In this document: positions 1 through 8,188 of the stretch, piece by piece
Layout of the letters: the number at the start of each line of letters is the position of its first letter
How positions within the stretch are numbered: the first letter of the stretch is position 1
Source: a bacterium
GTDB lineage: Bacteria; Methylomirabilota; Methylomirabilia; CAVQYV01
NCBI GenBank assembly: GCA_043800755.1
Contig: JAZDMQ010000160.1
Span: 1-17,785 of the forward strand
DNA length: 17,785 nt
Direction: 5' to 3'
Program-made: the position numbers and the translations under genes
Notes under the pieces: model-generated
What the model was told of the DNA's origin: nothing
Database searches by the model: none
The model's input: the letters and a program-made list of their open reading frames with translations, nothing else

Positions 1-921
1 GCCTTCGCAGCGAAGTACTGGCCCGACAAGTGGTGGCCCTCCAAGTGGGGTCCGGATGATGAGAGGGGTTCCTTCAACACCAACACCCCGGCCAAGGTCA
101 TGTCGGCCCTGAAGATCCCCAAGTCCGGCAAGGTCTATCGCCTGGGCATGCCCTATACCAACGATATGCCTCTGTTCGGCGCCCGTACCTATAAGCTCCA
201 CATCCCCGGTCTGCCCGCGGGCGGTCCCCTGGGGGAAAACAATATCGTGTGGAACGATGAGTTCATCGTGGGCGAGCTGGGACAGGTAGGCACCCAGTTC
301 GATGCCCAGTTCCATGTGGGCATCCGGGGTCCGGATGGGATCGACCGCTGGTACAATGGATACCAGGGGAATAGCCCCGATAACGTCTATGGCTCCAAGA
401 GAATGGGCGTGGAGAAGTTAGGTCCCATCGTGACCCGCGGTGTCCTGATCGATGTGGCGGGGCTGAAGGGCGTGGACTCCATGAAGGTCGGCGAAGTGAT
501 CACCCTTGCCGATGTGGAGGCCTGCATCAAGAAGGCCGGGATCGCCCCGATCGGCGAGGGCGATGCGGTCATCTTCCGCAGCGGCTTTGTGGGCAAGTAC
601 TGGAAGGATCACAAGACCTTTGCCTCCGGCTGCCCGGGCATCGGCATGGAAGTGGCCCAGTACCTGATCAAGAAGAACGTCGGCATGACCGGCCTGGATG
701 CCTGGCCGCTGGAATCGATCCCCTCAGAGGATCCCAAGGGGGCCTTCTACATCCACAACCTGATGGAGACCGTCAATGGCATCTGGAACATCGAGAACCT
801 GAGCAGCGATGCGCTGGGACAGATGGCCAAAGATGGGGTCTATGACTTCCTCTTCATCTACATCCCGGTACCTTTTGCCGGGGCTACGGGTTCACCGGGT
901 GAGCCCATCGCCATCCGATAG
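1..921 (+). CDS. Cyclase family (kynurenine formamidase-like) metal-dependent hydrolase, 5' truncated by window edge
   Basis: Frame is open from base 1: AFAAKYWPDKWWPSKWGPDDERGSFN. It carries the WGxDDExG N-terminal motif, GTQFDAQFH, TRGVLIDV, GDAVIFRSG, PGIG, GIWNIENL and GATGSP-x-PIAI typical of the family. The leading AFA may be a signal-peptide cleavage site. Confidence 0.88.
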   Translation, partial: AFAAKYWPDKWWPSKWGPDDERGSFNTNTPAKVMSALKIPKSGKVYRLGMPYTNDMPLFGARTYKLHIPGLPAGGPLGENNIVWNDEFIVGELGQVGTQFDAQFHVGIRGPDGIDRWYNGYQGNSPDNVYGSKRMGVEKLGPIVTRGVLIDVAGLKGVDSMKVGEVITLADVEACIKKAGIAPIGEGDAVIFRSGFVGKYWKDHKTFASGCPGIGMEVAQYLIKKNVGMTGLDAWPLESIPSEDPKGAFYIHNLMETVNGIWNIENLSSDALGQMAKDGVYDFLFIYIPVPFAGATGSPGEPIAIR

Positions 922-998
922 TGCAGCAAGATCTACCTGGGCTGAGGGGCCTGGATATTCATCCCGGGTAATTCTGACAAGTGATAGGAACTCGCTCA

Positions 999-1041
999 TG
1001 AAGCTCCCTCCAGCCAGCTGGAGGGAGCTTCAGTTTTTTTT
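999..1041 (+). terminator. Rho-independent terminator after the cyclase gene
   Basis: Perfect 16-bp inverted repeat TGAAGCTCCCTCCAGC-ca-GCTGGAGGGAGCTTCA (999-1032) followed by GTTTTTTTT, between convergent genes. Confidence 0.85.
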
Positions 1042-1059
1042 GGGGCGGGTCGGGGGGGA

Positions 1060-2385
1060 TCAGCCCCTTTTCCTCTTGTCCAACCCGAAGAGCTCCCAGG
1101 CATTTTCCCGCAGGATTTTCTTGCCCATTTCCAGGGCGTCTTCTTCCGCCAGGTAGCCTTCCTTTACCTTCTCGGCCAATACCTGGGCCACTCCCTCTCG
1201 GGCCATGCGCGAATGGGCATAGGAGCCCTCCACGAAGCGATAATCTCCTCCGAAGCCGAGGATCTTGTTGGAGGGGATCGTCTCGATCCACTCGTGCAGG
1301 ATGCGCCTTCCTGCGAAAGGCGAGATGATCCACACCCAACAGAGGTCCACCCAGACATTGGGAAAGTTCTTGGCCAGGCATCCAGCCTCGAAGGCGAAGG
1401 GATAGCCTGCGTGGAAGAGGTCAAATTTGATCTCCGGATATTCGAGAAGGAGATCAGTGAGAAGGAGGGGATTGGCGTTGGCCAGGACATTGCCCACCCC
1501 TTCCTGGAGGCCGGTGTGGACCTGGATGGGTAACTGATGTTCCAGGGCAAGCCTGAGGACCTGATGCATCATGTAGTCTTGGAGGACCTTGCATTCCTCC
1601 CAGGAGGGTCCTTCGCCTGCGCCCGGATGGACCCGGACCCGCATGGGGTCTACATGGGAGACGATGCGATTGAACACCAACTCCGCCTGGTGTCGGGTTG
1701 GCCTCTGATAGTCGAGGGTGCGGAAATAAGCCAGGGCCGTCTTGACAGCCACCGTTCCCCGGTCAAGGGCTTGGGAAAAGCCCACGCCCAGGGCCTTCTC
1801 CAGGTCAGTCAGGGAGTGGATGGAACAATTCGTGCTGTGCTCCAGGGAATCCAGGTGGGCGCGGGTGCGGGGGACGAGGAAAGGGTCGAAGCGAGTCGCC
1901 GGGGCGTATAGCTCCAAGTCCACGGGATAGGTCTCGTAGTAAATGGGATCCAGGATGGCCACCTCGATCTTGGCCAGCTCCCTCATGACCTTCCAGTACC
2001 AACCGGGTTGGTTGGCAGCCGTGATCCTCTCCGAGAGGTCCCTCCAGGTCGTCTCGTTGATGTCCTCAATCCCAAAGAGATCGCGGGCCGCGAGGAGCAG
2101 CGCACGCCCGTAGCCGGTGGTCCGGGCATGCCGCCAGGAGGGGGCGAACTCGCGCCATCGTTCCTCCAAGGGTCTCGCGGCATCCCTGATCCGTCCCAGG
2201 GCCGGTATGCTCATGCCGGCAGAGACCAGATCGGAGGAGGCGTAGTGAAGGAGCCAGGTCGAAAAGAGATCAGTAGCCTGCTGATTCCGTTCCGACTCGG
2301 GCGTCGTATGCTCGTGGGTATCGACCAAGACAATCGCCTCGATCTCCCCCTGGATCCTCCTATCTAAGCTATCCTTTTTCTCCAT
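1060..2385 (-). CDS. Amidohydrolase superfamily protein (Amidohydro_2 / uronate isomerase-like TIM barrel)
   Basis: 441 aa with the DTHEH metal motif near the N-terminus, plus QVHTG, LFHAGYP, NVWVDLCW and LGFGGDY. RBS AAGGAGGGG lies upstream of the ATG. Confidence 0.85.
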   Translation of the reverse strand: MEKKDSLDRRIQGEIEAIVLVDTHEHTTPESERNQQATDLFSTWLLHYASSDLVSAGMSIPALGRIRDAARPLEERWREFAPSWRHARTTGYGRALLLAARDLFGIEDINETTWRDLSERITAANQPGWYWKVMRELAKIEVAILDPIYYETYPVDLELYAPATRFDPFLVPRTRAHLDSLEHSTNCSIHSLTDLEKALGVGFSQALDRGTVAVKTALAYFRTLDYQRPTRHQAELVFNRIVSHVDPMRVRVHPGAGEGPSWEECKVLQDYMMHQVLRLALEHQLPIQVHTGLQEGVGNVLANANPLLLTDLLLEYPEIKFDLFHAGYPFAFEAGCLAKNFPNVWVDLCWVWIISPFAGRRILHEWIETIPSNKILGFGGDYRFVEGSYAHSRMAREGVAQVLAEKVKEGYLAEEDALEMGKKILRENAWELFGLDKRKRG

Positions 2386-2403
2386 GTCCCCTCCTTAAAG
2401 AAA

Positions 2404-2994
2404 TTAAAGAGCATCAGGGCGAGCTCCTCGGCGACAGACGAGGCTGGCCAGGGCGACTTTGATCAGATCCCCAGGTAGGAAGGGCAGGACCCCCAGCGTC
2501 AGGGCCTTCTTCAATCCCCAATGCAAGACGAGGGAGAGCTGCAGAATTCCCAGGCCATAAATCATCAAAGAACCCAGGCCCATGGCCGCCAGGATCTTAC
2601 ACCAGTTAGGACGTTCCCCGTGCTCCAGGATCAGGCCAACCATCCAGGCTGCCAGTGGAAATCCGAGGAGATAGCCCCCAGTAGGTCCGAAGAGTCGCGA
2701 CAGGCCGGATGCGCCCCCCGCCCATATAGGCAGACCCATGCTGCCCATCAAGATATATACGCCCTGAGATAGAGCCCCTCCTCCCTTTCCTAAAAAGGCC
2801 CCGGAGAGGAGCGCAAAGAAGGTCTGAAAGGTTAAGGGGACCGGGGTGAAGGGGAGAGGAATATAGACGAAGGCCCCCAGGGCCGTCATCAGGGAGAAGG
2901 CACCAATCCCCATCGCCTTGCCGACCGCGCGGGGGAGGGGCAGTGTCCTTCTCGCCCAATATCTCGCTTCGCTTTTCACCATATACAAGTCCAT
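2404..2994 (-). CDS. bioY: Biotin transporter BioY (ECF S-component)
   Basis: Hydrophobic protein with PLPFTPVPLTFQT, GLPIWAGG, GPTGGYLLGF and GVLPFLPGDLIK signatures. Start set at ATG 2994, behind the RBS AAGGAGG. Confidence 0.93.
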   Translation of the reverse strand: MDLYMVKSEARYWARRTLPLPRAVGKAMGIGAFSLMTALGAFVYIPLPFTPVPLTFQTFFALLSGAFLGKGGGALSQGVYILMGSMGLPIWAGGASGLSRLFGPTGGYLLGFPLAAWMVGLILEHGERPNWCKILAAMGLGSLMIYGLGILQLSLVLHWGLKKALTLGVLPFLPGDLIKVALASLVCRRGARPDAL

Positions 2995-3025
2995 CAGGTT
3001 TCCTCCTTCGATGGGTGAGTTGGGG

Positions 3026-3056
3026 AGCATATACTATTTTAAGGCGCCGGTGTCAA
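3026..3056 (-). promoter_or_regulatory. Putative sigma70 promoter for bioY-amidohydrolase
   Basis: Minus-strand TTGACA (3056-3051) followed by the AT-rich TAGTATATGCT at 14-19 nt spacing. The -10 register is ambiguous. Confidence 0.5.
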
Positions 3057-3097
3057 TACGGGAGGTCCCTCGATCCGTCTCGCTGCGAAAAAATTCC

Positions 3098-3126
3098 TTG
3101 ACAGGGGTTGAAGGGAGGGGATACTT
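3098..3126 (+). promoter_or_regulatory. Putative sigma70 promoter for trxB-htrA-osmC
   Basis: TTGACA (3098-3103), 16-nt spacer, GATACT (3120-3125), with an A-tract upstream. Confidence 0.55.
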
Positions 3127-3152
3127 TTATTCGTTTCATCTATTCTCGGGGT

Positions 3153-4130
3153 ATGGATATGCTCAAGATTTATGAGGTGATCATCCTGGGAGGTGGGCCC
3201 GCAGGCTGCGCTGCGGCCATCTATGCCGCGAGGGCCCGCCTGGAGACCCTGGTCCTGGACAAGGATATTTCCGGAGCAGCCCTGGCCTGGGCCCCCAAGA
3301 TAGCCAACTACCCGGGGGTCGCCGGAGAGATATCGGGCAGGGAGCTCCTGGCCACGATGGTCCGCCAGGCAGAAGGCTTCGGGGCTCAATTCCTCCAGGA
3401 AAAGGTCCTAGGCGCTGAGCTTGAAAAGAGTCCCAAGGAGATCTTCACCGCCCAGGGCAGCCACCAGGGCAAGGCGATCATCATTGCCACTGGCTCCATG
3501 GCCAGAAAGGATCGGATCCCCGGCGAGGAGGAGCTCTTGGGCCGAGGGGTCAGCTATTGCGCCACCTGTGATGGTGCCTTCTTCCGGGGGGAAGAGGTGG
3601 CCCTGGCCGGAGAGGGCGATTACGCCCTGGAAGAGGCCCTGGCGCTTTGTTCACATGTGGCTAGGGTGCATCTTCTGGTGCCCGGAGCGGAGGTGAGGGG
3701 AAGTAAGGAGCTGGTGGAAAGGGTTCTCCACGAACCCAAGATCGAAATTCGGAGGCAGGCACGCCTCCTGAGCATCCAGGGACGCGGGCAGGTGGAGGCA
3801 GCGCGGATCAGTACCCCGAGCGAGGGAGAAAGAGACCTTGCAGTAAAGGGGATATTCATCTATCTCAAAGGCAGAAGCCCGGAGGTCGAGTTCTTGGGGG
3901 ATTCGCTGCAAATGGGAGACCAGGGCTGCCTACAGGTGAATCAGGAGATGATGACGAATCTGCCGGGGGTCTTTGCCGCGGGGGATGTGCGTTGTAAGGA
4001 GTTGAAACAGGCGGTGGTGGCGGCAGCTGAAGGCTGTTTGGCGGCCCTCGCAGCCCTGCGTTACCTACAGGGCTCTTCACCCTCCCAGGCGACCGGAACA
4101 TGCCCTGCCCAAGGCCCCCCTTCCCCGTAA
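3153..4130 (+). CDS. trxB: Thioredoxin reductase-like FAD-dependent disulfide oxidoreductase
   Basis: GGGPAG FAD motif, IANYPG, IIIATG, GVSYCATCDG active site and TNLPGVFAAGD. The start is ATG 3153 or 3159. Confidence 0.88.
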   Translation: MDMLKIYEVIILGGGPAGCAAAIYAARARLETLVLDKDISGAALAWAPKIANYPGVAGEISGRELLATMVRQAEGFGAQFLQEKVLGAELEKSPKEIFTAQGSHQGKAIIIATGSMARKDRIPGEEELLGRGVSYCATCDGAFFRGEEVALAGEGDYALEEALALCSHVARVHLLVPGAEVRGSKELVERVLHEPKIEIRRQARLLSIQGRGQVEAARISTPSEGERDLAVKGIFIYLKGRSPEVEFLGDSLQMGDQGCLQVNQEMMTNLPGVFAAGDVRCKELKQAVVAAAEGCLAALAALRYLQGSSPSQATGTCPAQGPPSP

Positions 4131-4156
4131 GACGGAAGCTTCACTGGAGAGAAAGA

Positions 4157-5254
4157 ATGTCCCGGGACGGTAGCAAGGTCGGACCCCCGCGTCGAGTGAA
4201 GGCAACCTTGCTCCTCGGATCCTTCCTCCTCTGGATGCCCGCGTCCACGGTGGCCCTCGTTCCAGAGGAAGAGGTCAACGTCAGAATCTACCGGGAGCTC
4301 AGCTCCGGGGTAGTCAATATTGCCACGGCGGCCTTCAACGACGACTTCTTCCTCAGCCCCATCCCTGGGCGGGGGACCGGCTCCGGCTCCATCATCGACC
4401 GGCAGGGCCACATCTTGACCAACCATCATGTCGTCGAGAAGGCGGAGCAAATACAGGTCACCCTGGCAGATGGGGGGAAGTTTCCGGCCCGCCTGACCGG
4501 GGTCGATCCCAATAATGATCTGGCGGTGATCCAGATTGATGCGCCCCCGGAGCGGCTCACCGTGATCCCGATAGGGAGCTCTTCTGATCTGGTGGTGGGC
4601 CAAAAGGTCCTGGCCATCGGCAATCCCTTTGGCCTGGACCGCACGCTCACTGTAGGGGTCGTCAGCTCCCTGGGGAGGAGCATTCGGGCGCAGAATGGGA
4701 GGCTGATTCGGGGGATCATTCAGACGGATGCAGCGATCAATCCGGGGAACTCGGGTGGGCCCTTGCTCGATACGAACGGGCGATTGATCGGGATAAACAG
4801 TGCTATCTTTAGCCCCGGCGGGGGAAATATTGGCATCGGATTTGCGATCCCTGCGGATACTGCACAGCAGGTGGTTCCTCAACTCATCGCCCACGGCCAT
4901 GTCTCTCGGCCCTGGCTGGGGGTTTCGGGACAGGATATCACCCCGGAGCTCGCCAAGGCCCTCAACCTTCCTGCCCCCCGGGGAGTACTTATCTCCCAGG
5001 TGATCAAGGAAAGCCCTGCAGAAAAGGCGGGACTGCGGGGAGGAAGAGTATCGGTCCAGGTCTACAATCAGCGAATGATCGTAGGGGGAGATCTGATCAC
5101 CGGAATCGAGGGTGAAGAGATGAAAGGGATGGAGGCCTTGACTCATTTCATTGAGGGGAAAAGGCCCGGGGATATTCTGCATATCACCGTCCTCAGGGAC
5201 GGGGAACCCCACGAACTGGAGGTAATCCTCCAGGAATCGCCCCGCGAGGAGTGA
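4157..5254 (+). CDS. htrA: HtrA/DegQ-family trypsin-like serine protease with one PDZ domain
   Basis: N-terminal hydrophobic signal, GTGSG, LTNHHV (His), DLAV (Asp), IQTDAAINPGNSGGPL (Ser), and PDZ motifs RPWLGV and SPAEKAGL...GDLI. The start is uncertain (ATG 4157 or a downstream GTG). Confidence 0.92.
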   Translation: MSRDGSKVGPPRRVKATLLLGSFLLWMPASTVALVPEEEVNVRIYRELSSGVVNIATAAFNDDFFLSPIPGRGTGSGSIIDRQGHILTNHHVVEKAEQIQVTLADGGKFPARLTGVDPNNDLAVIQIDAPPERLTVIPIGSSSDLVVGQKVLAIGNPFGLDRTLTVGVVSSLGRSIRAQNGRLIRGIIQTDAAINPGNSGGPLLDTNGRLIGINSAIFSPGGGNIGIGFAIPADTAQQVVPQLIAHGHVSRPWLGVSGQDITPELAKALNLPAPRGVLISQVIKESPAEKAGLRGGRVSVQVYNQRMIVGGDLITGIEGEEMKGMEALTHFIEGKRPGDILHITVLRDGEPHELEVILQESPREE

Positions 5255-5309
5255 GGGGCGGAGAGAAGAAGGGATCGGGCGGGCCCGGAGATAAAAGGGG
5301 AGTCAGATC

Positions 5310-5741
5310 ATGAGTGAAGAGGGAAAACCCATACATATCGACCTCGAGCTCCTCGAGGGCTACCAGTTCAAAGCAAGGTTTGATGTGGAGGGCATGCCGG
5401 ACCTGGTGGTGGATGAGACGGCGCCCCTGGGAGAGAATCGGGGTCCCAATCCTGCTCGGCTGCTGGCGGCTTCGGCGGCAGTCTGCCTCAGCGCCAGCCT
5501 CCTATTCTGTCTGCGCAAAGCGAGGACAGAGGTCAAGGGGATGAGCACCAAGGTGGAGACCACCCTGACCCGGAACAATCAGGGGAGACTGCGAATCGGG
5601 GGAATCAGGGTGAAGATCTCTCCCCAAGTGGATGCCTCGATGCAGGAGAGGGTAGAACGCTGCAAAGAACTCTTCGAGGACTTCTGCGTGGTGACCCAGA
5701 GCATCCGACAGGGGATCCCGGTAGAGGTAGAGGTAGAATGA
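5310..5741 (+). CDS. OsmC/Ohr family protein
   Basis: 143 aa with VDE-x-APLGENRGPNPARLLAASAAVCL (first Cys) and FEDFCVVTQSIRQGIPV (second Cys). RBS GGGGAG. Confidence 0.87.
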   Translation: MSEEGKPIHIDLELLEGYQFKARFDVEGMPDLVVDETAPLGENRGPNPARLLAASAAVCLSASLLFCLRKARTEVKGMSTKVETTLTRNNQGRLRIGGIRVKISPQVDASMQERVERCKELFEDFCVVTQSIRQGIPVEVEVE

Positions 5742-5812
5742 GGAGGTGATGGGAGCGAGAATTTTCGGGTTGAGAAAGTGCTGGGGTGCTTCTACAGGAA
5801 GGAGGATAAGGA

Positions 5813-7093
5813 ATGGAGGAGAAAGAGAAAGGCCTATTGGCGGAGATGACGCGCCGAGACTTCCTGAAGACGGCGAGCATTTTCGGTTTAGCCGCCACCC
5901 TGGGCGGGACAAAGGACCTGTTCCTACCCACCTGGGCCTCGGGCGCCGAGCCGGTGAGGATCGGTCATGTCGTCCCCGTGACCGGATTCTTGGCCATGAC
6001 GGGCATCTACGGCGATATGGGGGCGAAATTAGCCGTGGAGGAGGTCAACAAGAAGGGTGGGGTCCTGGGTCGTCCCCTGGAGATGATCACCGAAGACGAG
6101 GTCAACCCAGGTGTGGCAGTGCAGAAGACCCGCAAACTGATCGATAAGGAGCGGGTGCACGCCGTCTTTGGGACGGTCAGCTCTGCCTGTGCCCTGGCGA
6201 TGAGCGATGTGTGCCACCAGAGCAAGGTTCTCTTCATCAACTCGGGCTCCAATTCCGACGAGATCCGGGGAGCCCGATGCCATCGCTATACCTTTTGCAT
6301 CGAGGGCAGCAACACCCAGTATGTCAGTGCCATTGGCCAGTGGCTTATCAAGAGGAGAAAGCTCAATCGCTGGTATGTTTTGACCGCGGACTATGCCTTC
6401 GGTCACGACCTGTCGCGTTGCTCCAAGAGGCTTCTCACCCAACACGGGGGACAGGAGATCGCCAACGATTTGATCCCCACAGGCAGCACCGACTTCTCCT
6501 CTTACATGATCAAGATCCGCAATGCCAAGCCCGACTTGGTTTTTATGAACCTGGCGGGAGCGGACATCACTAACTTCCTGAAGCAGTATAAGGAGTTCGG
6601 CTTTAAGACTGAGGTCTCCGGAGGGGTGATGGATACGGCCCAGGCTTGGGCCGTCGGCCCGGATGCCATGACCGGCGTATTTCCCCTCATCTGGTACCAT
6701 GATCTCAGGGCCCCTGGCTCCAAGGAATTCTATACTGCCTTTAATGGAAAATTCGGCAAGCCTCCGGAGAATCAGGCCTGGGGAGATTACACGGCAGTTA
6801 AGGTGATTGCGGCGGCCATGGAGAAGGCGAAGTCGACCGACAGCAAGGCCCTGGTGAAGACCCTAGAGAACTTCCAGTTCGACGGGATCAAGGGCCGTCC
6901 CCTCTATTTCCGGGATTGGGACCACCAATTGATGCAGCCCATGTTTGTGGTTCAGCCTAAGAAGAAGGGCCAGATGAAGGACAAGTGGGATATCTGGCAG
7001 GTCATCGAGGAGGTCCCCACCAAGAAGGAGCCTTTGGAGACCATCGCCCTGGCCAGGAAGGACAGCGAGTGCAAGCTGGAGTCCATCGATTAA
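5813..7093 (+). CDS. Liv-type (HAAT) ABC transporter substrate-binding protein with Tat signal
   Basis: TRRDFLK twin-arginine motif, VRIGHVVPVTG, EEVNKKGGVLGRPLE, ADYAFG and TDFSSYMIKI; type I periplasmic binding fold. Confidence 0.9.
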   Translation: MEEKEKGLLAEMTRRDFLKTASIFGLAATLGGTKDLFLPTWASGAEPVRIGHVVPVTGFLAMTGIYGDMGAKLAVEEVNKKGGVLGRPLEMITEDEVNPGVAVQKTRKLIDKERVHAVFGTVSSACALAMSDVCHQSKVLFINSGSNSDEIRGARCHRYTFCIEGSNTQYVSAIGQWLIKRRKLNRWYVLTADYAFGHDLSRCSKRLLTQHGGQEIANDLIPTGSTDFSSYMIKIRNAKPDLVFMNLAGADITNFLKQYKEFGFKTEVSGGVMDTAQAWAVGPDAMTGVFPLIWYHDLRAPGSKEFYTAFNGKFGKPPENQAWGDYTAVKVIAAAMEKAKSTDSKALVKTLENFQFDGIKGRPLYFRDWDHQLMQPMFVVQPKKKGQMKDKWDIWQVIEEVPTKKEPLETIALARKDSECKLESID

Positions 7094-7191
7094 ACGGATT
7101 GGAGCCTCGTCCGGAGGAGGGATCCTGGCCAAACGCGGGGGTCCCTCCCCCCTTGCAGAGCCCAATATTGACAGCAGGATTTCGGGTAAAG

Positions 7192-7225
7192 AAGGCCTGG
7201 GGATTGGAATCGATCCCCAGGCCTT
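7192..7225 (+). other. Intercistronic stem-loop (mRNA stabiliser or partial terminator)
   Basis: AAGGCCTGGGGAT...ATCCCCAGGCCTT 13-bp perfect arms in the 219-nt gap between the binding-protein and permease genes, with only a short T-run. Confidence 0.55.
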
Positions 7226-7312
7226 TGCTCGCTCACATTTACAGGTTCCCGCACCCCTGCTGCGGGAGGATTTCCATATTGCCTGATGCCCTGCGCGAAA
7301 GGTAGAGGTTAG

Positions 7313-8188
7313 ATGAATTACACCCAATTGTTGGAATTTATCGTCAATGGCTTCGTCCTGGGAAGCCTCTATATCATCATGGCGATTGGCCTTTCCCTGA
7401 TCTTCGGGATGATCGGCATTGTCAATTTCGCCCACGGGGTCCTTTACACCTTGGGGGCCTACGGGGCGGTGGTCTTAAAGGGCCATTTGGGCTTTTGGGG
7501 AGGGATTGCCGTTTCCCCGGTGGCGGTGGGGGTGATCGGGATGATCATCGAGGCCGCCTTCCTGAGAAAGATGTACCGGGCGGCCCCGGAGATCGGCCTG
7601 CTATTTACCTTCGGCCTGGCCATGGTTCTGGAGCAATTGGTCCGCATGGCCTGGGGGCCGACCGGGATCCCCTTCGATATCCCCAAACTGCTCTTCGGGT
7701 CCTCGTCCCTCGGTCCTTTTACCTATTCCAAGTACCGGCTCTTCATCCTGATCTTTTCCTTCTTGGTCATCGCTGGGCTCTGGTGGTTTCTGGAGAAGAC
7801 GCCCTACGGGATGATTATTCGCGCTGGAAGCCGCGATCCGGAGATGGTGAGGGCCCTGGGCATCAGCCTCAAGCCCATATTCACCTTCGTCTTCGGCCTG
7901 GGGGTTGCCCTCGCCGCCCTGTCGGGCGTTCTCACTGCCCCACTAGCCGGGGTGCAACCGGCCATGGGAACCAATGTAGGGACCGCGGCCTTCGTGGTCG
8001 TCACCATCGGCGGGCTGGGAAGCTTCTGGGGGGCTATCATCGCCGGCCTCTTGGTCGGTGAGGCCGTCAGCCTGAGCATCCTTTTCTGCCCCCCGGCGGC
8101 GGAGGCCTCCATGTATGTGCTCATGATCATCGTTTTATTATTGAGACCGAGAGGACTCCTCGGCGAGAGATGGGAGAGATTTGACTAA
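7313..8188 (+). CDS. livH: Branched-chain amino acid-type ABC permease (LivH-like)
   Basis: NGFVLGSLY, GLSLIFG-x-IGIVNFAHG, TPYGMIIRA, AFVVVTIGGLGS and RPRGLLG. The stop overlaps the next start (TAATG). Confidence 0.92.
   Translation: MNYTQLLEFIVNGFVLGSLYIIMAIGLSLIFGMIGIVNFAHGVLYTLGAYGAVVLKGHLGFWGGIAVSPVAVGVIGMIIEAAFLRKMYRAAPEIGLLFTFGLAMVLEQLVRMAWGPTGIPFDIPKLLFGSSSLGPFTYSKYRLFILIFSFLVIAGLWWFLEKTPYGMIIRAGSRDPEMVRALGISLKPIFTFVFGLGVALAALSGVLTAPLAGVQPAMGTNVGTAAFVVVTIGGLGSFWGAIIAGLLVGEAVSLSILFCPPAAEASMYVLMIIVLLLRPRGLLGERWERFD

Noticed and set aside
999..1032. IS200/IS605 end or REP element
   Set aside because: Single copy in the window, no transposase, and a T-tract follows, so a terminator is simpler.
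4061..5212. 383-aa minus-strand ORF
   Set aside because: Antisense shadow of htrA with no recognisable motifs; long shadow ORFs are common in GC-rich DNA.
7168..7195. Internal promoter from TTGACA at 7168
   Set aside because: No plausible -10 element at 16-18 nt spacing.
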